DNA of 64,000 nt from the NCBI GenBank assembly GCA_024704765.1, contig JAKMXF010000222.1:1301424-1365423 (forward strand), in the 5' to 3' direction. Shown here in pieces: positions 55,090 to 64,000 of this stretch; position 1 is the first letter of the stretch; every line of letters begins with the position of its first letter. Under the pieces are notes generated by a model. It made no database searches, was not told where the DNA came from, and was given only the letters and a program-made list of their open reading frames with translations. Both the position numbers and the translations under genes were made by a program. Source of the stretch: Oopsacas minuta. Taxonomy: Eukaryota > Animalia > Porifera.

Positions 55090-58000
55090 ATGGATACATT
55101 CATTCAGATACGAAGTTTGTCAAAGGTTAGCATTAGTTACTATACTGTGTAATGTCTGAATTTCTTTAATATATTTCTCATAGAGAATAACAGAAGAGAA
55201 TGAGATACATGTGCGTACAGAGGATCAGTTTGTTCAAGGTAGCAATTTTCATTACAACGATACATACAAAAATAATTTATTCTTTTTACTAACAGGTTTA
55301 ATTGGATTCACAAACTCGGGTAACTACTGTTACATCAACTCAGTAATACAAGCTCTATCTAACTGGTAAATATATAAGTTTAGTAATTATTCTATTTCTT
55401 GATGTCATATTTACACTGTAGCCCTCCTTTCGCTTATATCCTCATAAACTCATACATTCCTAAAGATCATAGTACAGCAACAAGTTTCTCTCTCAGCACT
55501 ATCTTTAGAGAAATATGGGTGTCTTCAAGGTAATAATTCGTTGATTAAATATGATATACTAATAGCAATCTATTTTGAGAAAATTATATCATAATTGGTG
55601 TGTGAATTTCTCATTTTTGCCATATTTGAACTATAAAGTCTTGTATGCTTGTTTATTAATCACGTATTTACTTATAGACAATCTCGAACTATAACTTCTC
55701 GACCCGTTACTCAGGCTCTCAGACATCCTACCTTCAATGGACTAACTCAACAGGTAACTAACTACTCTAACATACTATGTCTGGTCATAATTAAACTTGT
55801 TTCACCCCACACAACAATAATGTGAATATGTGAGCGGATTTATTATGTTATCCTCAATTATGATTGGTATCAACCTATTTCTAATCAGGATTGTCCGGTT
55901 AAATGAAATTCTCTTACAGGTATCATAGTTGGATTCAGTCCAGGAAAGTAGTTTGACCGAATGATCTAAGTAACGACTCGACTGTAATTATATAATTGTA
56001 GAGCGAAGCACTAATTTGATGCGACTGTTAGGTCTGAACATATTCCGACTAGTCTAACACTTGCCCAGAATGCTATGACTTGCCTTATATTGTTTGATAG
56101 GATGCACAAGAGTTCATGAGACACATACTCAACAAGATACATGAGGAAATGAGAGAAGAGGTACCTGACTACTTCCGTCGCTTACAAGATGACAATAGAA
56201 GTATTCGTAGTGAGATAAGTTGTGACGTCACAGAGAGCTATGATGACGCGTTACATGCTGACAGAGTAGTGACAGAAGAGCCTCAACATGACGTCAACTC
56301 TATATTCTCTAACTTACCTACCCCCACTAAGATAGACTGTCTCCCATACAGAACACCCTTAGACACACCTGATATAGAAACTGGAAGAGTCAGAAATAAA
56401 TTGAAGAAACACAGCCTCAATCCTACTTCTCATACTAATCCACCTCCTACAATATTACCATCAGATGTATTCATAGTAGATGTTCAGTCTAGTTCTGCAC
56501 GTATTATTACGAATACTCTTGAAGCACCGAATAAACACTCTAATAATATTCCTCTTACAGACACAGACACATGTAGACTTAGTATATACCGTACTCCATC
56601 TAACTCTACTTCTAACAGCTCAACAGCTGATGCACATCTCCAACACACATCCAGTCTCCACTCTATCCCCTCTGATAACGGATCACTACAGCGCAGGAAC
56701 AGATCTGCAACACCTAACACTTCACGGAGAGAGATATTCCCTGAGCCTCATCGTCCTGTGTACAGGAGTCTTGTTACTGACCTGTTTGAAGGACAACTTA
56801 AGAGTACAGTTAAATGCCTAACGTGCAAGAAGGTATCCATAACAACGGAGAGGTTCCAGGACCTGAGTCTTCCTATTCCTAACAAAAAAGAGCTCTCAGA
56901 AACTAAGACTAGACTACACGGGAGGAGAGGATCTGGTAGTGAGAACTCTGTATGTAACATATTCAGTTATCTGAAAAGTTTAATAACCTCACCTGAAACT
57001 AGTTTGGAAGATTGTCTTCATGTATTCTTCAGGAAAGATGATTTGAACGGAAATAACCGCTATTTCTGTGAGAGTTGTAGAAAACTGAGGAATAGCATTA
57101 AGTTCTCTCGCATACACAAACTCCCTGAGATTCTTTGTATACACTTTAAACGGTTCAGACATGACGGATACTGGGCATCTTCAAAGATCAGTAGATACAT
57201 TTCATTCCCACTAAACTCTCTCGACCTCACTCCTTATATGGTCAAAGGTATAATGCAATTTTATACATGTATAGATTATGAACTTGAACATGCAAATTAG
57301 TTCAAAATTACGTAACTCTAAATATCGAAAATATAGATATCGTCGACAACAGTTGATTCGAACTGTCACTGGAATAAAATTTGTTCGATCAAGTGAATAT
57401 ATTGCTGACTATAATATTTAAATTTTCTCAATTTAATCCATATTTTCCCAAAATTTTCTGATATTTTCTATGTTTTTGAAATCTCGAACCAATTTTTAAG
57501 GTCTAGGATAAATTTGAATATATCGTATCAATATCAGAGAATTTACCGATATCGATATTTTGCCAACCTAGAATGACTGTTATAAATGTGAAACCAGTGA
57601 TTCTACAATCACATTTGTGCAATCGTAAGAGAATGAATTCATTAATGTTATTAATCAATAATAATATACACATACATAGGTACACGTACACCAGGTCCCT
57701 ACAACCTACTATCAGCAGTGTGTCATATCGGTGGAGTTGGAGGTGGTCATTACGTCACATATACACATAATGATATCAGCAAACATTGGTATTTGTTTGA
57801 TGACGATATAGTAAGGAGAGTTACTACAGAACAAGTACGGTCTCTACAGAGCTACATGCTCATTTATCGGTAAGTTATTATTTCATATATATCAACTATT
57901 GTAAGGTGAAATGGAAGTCCATAATTTTGTTACATACAATTTATATCAGAATACAGTTAACTCCCATTTTATCGAAGTTTGAAATTGTACATACATGGTC

Positions 58001-61000
58001 CCAAACCGTCAAAGTAACTTAAGTTTCATCAATTATATCGAACTCCTCTTATTCCCGAGTAATTATCGCAGTCCCTCGAGCTTCGACATAACTAGAGTTG
58101 ACTGTACTTCTTACTATATAGCTTAAACTCAGATATAACGGACAGAGAACACATTCCCCGCTCAATCTCTCCCTCATCTCATCAGGAGACTTACTACATA
58201 TCTAAACACTGGCTATGTCTATACGACAGATGTATGTATCCGGGTCCTATAGCACAGTTTGATTTCGTGTGTGTACATGGTAAAGTAAAGCCAAACAAAG
58301 AATCTAATGTATTGCGACTTGTGAGAAGTGTAACCAGGGATACATGGGAACAGTTACATGATAAATTTGGTGGCGGTCCTCCCATTACGGAACTGTCAAT
58401 ATGTCAAACATGTCAGGTAAGGTGTTATAATACTTAATACAGACATACGTAATTGGAATATATTTAATCATATAATTTCTAAGACAACAAAGAATATAAA
58501 CCAGTTTAAATGAGAGGACATTTGTTGACATCTACTCTGTTATTGAAATATAGAGAGTAGAGATCCGTTACAATAATATAAACTAGAATAATTAAGAATC
58601 CGGCTATTGCTCCTACCAAAAGTGATAATACAAATGTCATTAATGTGTATGCCTTCCTTATTCGTGAATTTCCCCTATGTTTAGCTGGTATTAGTTTGGC
58701 TACTATTATCATCACCAGCAGCATAATATCTAATCCGATAATACTAAACACTCCTAGATACAGCTTCTTATAGCCCGCATCACCGTTTCCCATGTAAAAA
58801 TCTGCTCCTCCCAGTGATCCTGCGAATATTGCCAGTAAGAATGCGTAACTCCAGTAACGGATATTCTCTTTGCATGGATCTAACCCACATAGACCTGTAC
58901 CCTCATCTGTATATTCATCATATACAGATTTATATGGATGCAGTGCTTGACAACTCCCTTGTGTGTTTAGCGTGCTTTCTCTGAAAATAAAGTAGTATAT
59001 TAGAAATGAGCTCAATGTAAATCCCAAAATAGTTAGAGCTACTCTCTTCCTTCTATTGTTCCTTATACACAGCATATTTCCTAATAAATATGATAAAATA
59101 TACAGCAATACAGTCCCTCTCTTAAACTTTATTTTAAGAATATAGCTATCTTTTATACTTGTAATACTCAACATAAGACATAAGGAAAATGACGCTATAA
59201 TTAGAACATATCATGGAATGGCTAAATTGAGTGACTCATTAGAATTGTTGAATTAATTCAGGTCTGTTCTAAAAATATAACAAATACCAGACTCTATTAG
59301 ATTGTACATTATTATCTCTAATGAAATATATTATTTTAAGTGGTTAATTAATTAATTAAGATGAATACCAAATAGCATACTAGCTAATAGTACAATACGA
59401 CCAATGTTAATTGGTAGACCTCTACTAACTAACATTTGAATTCAACATAATGGAGATGATAGGCTTTAACTTTGATGTTTTGCTGTGCTCTAAAAGTTTG
59501 GTTTGTGACCGTTTTTATTGTATTTGATACGGTCCTGAACTATAGTACACCTGGTCGCGCGTGGCGAACAGACATACGTAAATAGTTGGAATATAGTATA
59601 GATAGTTAAACCATTGAAAATTGGATTACACGTACAGGTAGCCCTCTCCATTCGCGGTTCGACCCTTCGCAGATAATATTTGCGTCTTGTATTGCTATTC
59701 GCGACTCATTCCTTTGACTATTTCTCGAAAAATTTTCGATCATATTTCGATCGTTTTAGGAAGACAGAATTTGAAATTTGCGAATCTAGATATCAACAAG
59801 CTAACTAGAAGTAATTACTAGAATAATTTTCTTTCAATACCACAGATACACATAATTTGAGAATACGTACAATATGTATAGAATGCTATGATTCTTGGTA
59901 CTTATTACTGTAATTATAATTTTGCCATTGTCAAGGCTGCTAAAATTAGAACACCTTGCATCCAAAATTTATGCCTCAGAGGGGATGGGTGCAAAGTCCC
60001 CCTGGGAGATAATAATTTAATATTTATTTAATCCAGAATGATATCACACTTTTATCACTTTTTGTCATTCATTGTTGTGCAATGGAAGATTAGGACCCGG
60101 GCATACTGGGTAATTTTTTGGGAGACCTATGATACGACGCCAATGAGTACTGATCAGGTAATAATGATTAATTATCGAATCACAGGTGCAAGTGATCCTC
60201 AAATTCCTGTCACGATGTAATAATCTCCTCCCAAATTCTATATATTTGCCTTATTCCTAATTCCTAATTCCTAATTCCTATACAAACCCCAATTGAAGTT
60301 ATTGTCCTCAATTTGTCTAGATTCCATGCTAGTACTTAATATGTTACTATGTTCTTTGTAGGAGGATTTGATAGCACTCAATGAGAGACGAGCTTCAGAG
60401 AAGAAATCAGTGAATCATGTGAGTTATTTTATATACTTATCCGATAAAAATTCTTATACCGTTTTACGTAAAAATAATTACTGAAATCAGTAATGATTCG
60501 CGAACTTGTAGTGCTGTAGTGCAATAATATGTCCGTTTATACTGAATTATTGTGTAACTAACCGCTTCGCTTGCTCGCGCTGCTCGGCTTGCGAACACTC
60601 TCAGTTCTCATGGGTTCGGCACTCGTGCCTCGAATTTAGCAAAGTATATAAGTAGCAACATCAGAGGCGTAGCTAGCATTCCCCTTTGGGATTGCAACTG
60701 GGTTTGCTGACAGTAGCCCTGGGGTTGCTGGTAACCCCAGGGCTACTCCTATGAGAAACATATTCACTATATGTTGGTGAAATACCCGATTACCCCAGTA
60801 TAACGGTTGAAAGCAAGTTTCTGGGATTAATTAGAAAAATTGTTACTTTATACACCTTAAAAACAATAAATATTCACAATACGTTGTTGAAAATATTATA
60901 TTCAGATTCAGTGTACTTGGTTACCCCTAGATATCTGTTGAGAGGAAGTCTCTAAGTTTATTTCGACAATTCAACTATTTGTTTACTTTATATTCATAAA

Positions 61001-63229
61001 AACAACAAAAAAATTTACATATGATAAATTCGAAAGTGTGAAAATCGGAATCAGCATACTCGATTACCCTAATGTAATTGTTTAATTTTCCTATATCGTC
61101 AACAGAAGGATATGTTATTCCCTATATTATATTCACAGATCATCTTCCCTACTATTATAATACAAAGTGGACAAACAAACAAACAAACACAATAATTGAG
61201 TTTTAATAATATACATGTACAATTTGTGTTTAGTAGGTCTATAAATGTTGCTCGACCTACTTAGAGTGCAGCTTGGGTCAAACTAGCCCCCATGTGTAAA
61301 TACAGACCCGAATGTGTGTATTAATTTAATACTAATCTAATAGCTAGATTTCACAGGTCCAACACCAAAAAGGCTTATTTCCTTGAATCAGTGGTTTATC
61401 ATTTTCAACTGTAGCATGGCGTAATAATATCTACTATCCAAGTATCCAGCTTGATTAATTAATTAGTGGTATTAATAGTAAGGGATTTTATTCATTACAG
61501 GTGTAATAATTGATTATATTTTGTATTCTTGCCAAGTTCCATCCTCTATTGAAATATTATAATTAAATATTTGTCTGATTATAGATTCAAGACTCCTGTT
61601 GCAAACAGGCAGACAGTAAACGTGATTATTATGCTATCAACCAGGATTGGCTAAAGGAATGGCAAATATTTATTAACAGTCAAGATTTATGTGAGTGATA
61701 ATTAAGATAAGCGAGTCGATGAGATTTACTTAAACTCTACTGTTTTGTCTCTGTCTATCTCGATTTTAGATATTGTAAGTTGAATCTGGATATAATTTGA
61801 ATTCTACAAATATAAATAGAGAAAAAGGAAATAAATAAATTTTCTTGCATAATTAAGTACGTATTAGTGTTTTAAGTATTACCGTTTTTGGGCTGTTTTC
61901 CATAGTTTGAGTTAGAAATAACGAGGGTGTCTTGTTTAGATTTTAGCAACACTAATACTTAATTATCTACGAGGGTGTAGACATGCAACAAGGCACCATA
62001 TACCAGGTTAGGGGAGCGCCGGACCTCAATATCGGCCCAAACTGTCAGATTTCCTGTTTTGAATTACTTTTAATTAATACTAGAGTGGAATTAATTTGAG
62101 CTGTTGGGAATAATTACACTATTTACATGTAGAAATGTTGCCAAATGTCCTACATGACCAGGTATAATATCGGAGTTACGGGGTCGCCGACCACTTTTTC
62201 AAATGATGCACCGCTACTGTATACGTATGTATATACAGTGCAACAATGTTGCAATGTTATATGCAACTCTTATTATACACGGTACGATGTTATATGCAAC
62301 TCTTATTATACACGGTGCGATGTTATATGCAACTCTTATTATACACGGTACGATGTTATATGCAACTCTTATTATACACGGTACGATGTTATATGCAACT
62401 CTTATTATACACGGTACGATGTTATATGCAACTCTTATTATACACGGTGCGATGTTATATGCAACTCTTATTATACACGGTGCGATGTTATATGCAACTC
62501 TTATTATACACGGTACGATGTTGTATGCAACTCTTATTATACACGGTACGATGTTATATGCAACTCTTATTATACACGGTACGATGTTATATGCAACTCT
62601 TATTATACACGGTGCGATGTTATATGCAACAGAATTGGCCTCAAAATTCCAAAACAATGTTGCTTCAATTTGCATCGTGTATGGTGGGCATTAAGTTGCT
62701 GAGGGTGTTATATACTATGTGGCTTACACAATTTACCATTAATAAATATATGAGGTATAATTAATAAATTATGCTATTGCATGATTTGGTAATCATCGAG
62801 TGGGAGGCTCATAGTCTAATTGGTAAATTCCTAAATGCCACAGATCTACCTGTTCATCAGTGTAGTCCGTTTCTTTTGTTTGATTTGTAGCTGAGTATCG
62901 TTAATTCTATGCTAGGGCATTGAAATTTTCAGACGTACTTATTTCTTTGGTGTATGTGTGTTCTTAGTTATTATATAGCTATTATATTAGCTAAGGAGCT
63001 TTTATTGTTATATCAAATTCCCTTTACATTTTGAAATTAATATATGTATGATATAAGACGTGAGTATACTATGTTGATTTCCTGATTAAAATGAGATTAT
63101 ACAAACATGGATGTATTCTGTTTTTTTCAAATATTTGTCGTTTGTTTATAGGCTCTCTCCCTCCTGGCCCAGTTGACAACAGACCTATTTTAACGCCTAT
63201 ACTTCGGGACGATACACATTTTAGATACA
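55090..63229 (+). CDS. Ubiquitin-specific protease USP20/USP33-like, 3' partial; exons 55090-55125, 55184-55238, 55296-55365, 55422-55529, 55678-55753, 56101-57247, 57680-57869, 58122-58416, 60362-60418, 61585-61690, 63152-63229
   Basis: Phase-consistent GT-AG joins give Cys box GFTNSGNYCYINS..QALSNCPP, QQDAQEF, ERFQDLSLPIP, HFKRFRHD, His box CHIGGVGGGHY..WYLFDD, and two DUSP domains (YPGPI...FGGGP; WLKEW...PPGPVDN). First exon and start codon are tentative. Confidence 0.85.
57954..58104. mobile_element. Tc1/pogo-like MITE in a USP intron
   Basis: TA|cagttaactc...gagttgactg|TA. Confidence 0.7.
58506..59075 (-). CDS. TM2 domain-containing membrane protein nested antisense in USP intron 58417-60361 (ATG 59075)
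   Basis: N-terminal TM, Cys-containing ectodomain, SYAFLLAIFAGSLGGADFYMGNGDAGYKKL (TM2 pattern LsxfxGxxGxdxFYlG...G..KL), further TMs. Confidence 0.75.
   Translation of the reverse strand: MLCIRNNRRKRVALTILGFTLSSFLIYYFIFRESTLNTQGSCQALHPYKSVYDEYTDEGTGLCGLDPCKENIRYWSYAFLLAIFAGSLGGADFYMGNGDAGYKKLYLGVFSIIGLDIMLLVMIIVAKLIPAKHRGNSRIRKAYTLMTFVLSLLVGAIAGFLIILVYIIVTDLYSLYFNNRVDVNKCPLI
60970..61210 (-). mobile_element. Helitron/HINE-like family A, rearranged partial copy
   Basis: tttgtttactttatattcataaaaacaaca, aatcagcatactcgattacc, ggacaaacaaacaaac..aattgag. Confidence 0.6.
62254..62630 (+). repeat. 33-bp minisatellite (atgttatatgcaactcttattatacacggtRcg), ~11.4 copies, inside a MITE-like element in a USP intron
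   Basis: Direct reading; right flank ttgcatcgtgtatggtgggca resembles gcccaccat..catacacgatacaa near 11776-11800. Confidence 0.95.
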
Positions 63230-64000
63230 GTGAGTTAATCCTTACATCTATAATTATTTGTTTTATCCGTAATATGATTGTGTACATTTAATTATAAATC
63301 AATTTCTTACAATACGGAAAATAAATGGTCTGTCTTTTTACCCCTAGCCATGGAGTTTTACCTGTAGTATTGTATAATATTAGTCTATGTCTGTAGCACG
63401 TCTGTAGCTATCCTTTTTTATGATTAATAATTTCTCCGTCGAACATTGCAACAAAGGATACTGAGGACGGATAATTACACTTTACATCCATTATTTCTTG
63501 AACCTTTAATGATCTCTTTTATTGTCTCTTCAAATATTGATGTTCTGATATAAATGCCATAATGAATGCTTCATAATACAATTCTTCTCTCAACAATGTA
63601 TCACAACATTATAACACTTGAGGTATTCTTTCTTCTATGTCAATCTCTTTCAAGTCCTATAAATGTCAACCAGCTCTTCTATGCTGATATATTCCATAGC
63701 TTGAACGTGAACTCACAACCAATAGTAACCAAAGAATGTTTAAAGTATAGGTTTCTTTGTTAATACATTTTCTGTTGCTAAGCAATTTGAAATCCTCTCT
63801 GTTCCTCAGTATATCTGTTGCAAACCTCGTTCCCATTTGAATGTTTATATTTTCCAAATTAAACATAACACGCAAAATGCTGGCAATACTTCACAGTGGT
63901 TTAATAGGGCAGTTAGTAAAGAATAGCTATTTTGGTGTGAGATAGCCATATGAAATGTATTATTTACATATAGATTATTATATATAAGGAACCAGTACAG

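Noticed and set aside
59636-59700. tRNA-like T-loop (gcggttcgaccc)
   Set aside because: No cloverleaf; it follows tacaggtagccctc, which looks like a Tigger/pogo-type MITE end.
62145-62764. Four long ORFs (153-185 aa) over the 33-bp repeat as a real repeat protein
   Set aside because: They arise from a stop-free repeat unit, overlap in several frames, lie in a USP intron and have no non-repeat domain.
1-64000. Prokaryotic or symbiont origin, suggested by intronless, densely packed genes
   Set aside because: Spliceosomal introns, eukaryote-specific genes (Bcl-2, LSM6, USP20, espin) and eukaryotic transposons are interspersed throughout.

Overview
Eukaryotic, AT-rich, gene-dense genomic DNA from an animal-like organism with GT-AG introns. 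It is not prokaryotic, and I see no CRISPR array, rRNA or tRNA. Compact, mostly intronless housekeeping genes plus many coiled-coil/NHL paralogs suggest a non-bilaterian such as a glass sponge (Oopsacas-like); this is inference only. I support 24 host genes, 21 of them on the + strand: DDX10, COA3(-), VPS9D1, a BAK-like Bcl-2 protein, two coiled-coil-only TRIM/NHL derivatives, POLE2, TPRKB, C11orf98-like, a peroxisomal carnitine-acyltransferase-family enzyme, a frameshifted secreted GPI-type protein(-), a stand-alone saccharopine dehydrogenase, CNEP1R1, CTU1, BOLA3, ZER1-like, espin-like, PXMP2/Mpv17, LSM6, POLE4, a coiled-coil+NHL protein, a SAM protein, USP20/33 (runs off the window) and a TM2-domain gene(-) nested in a USP intron. 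There is also an intact hAT transposon, two decayed NHL pseudogenes, Helitron/HINE-like repeats, MITEs and minisatellites. The strongest lead is long runs of co-oriented genes only about 0.33-0.95 kb apart, whose ATGs very often sit 0-3 nt after a 3' splice-acceptor-like YAG. This pattern fits operon-like transcription resolved by spliced-leader trans-splicing, with 5'-UTR introns as the alternative. All exon and homology calls were made by eye, without database searches.
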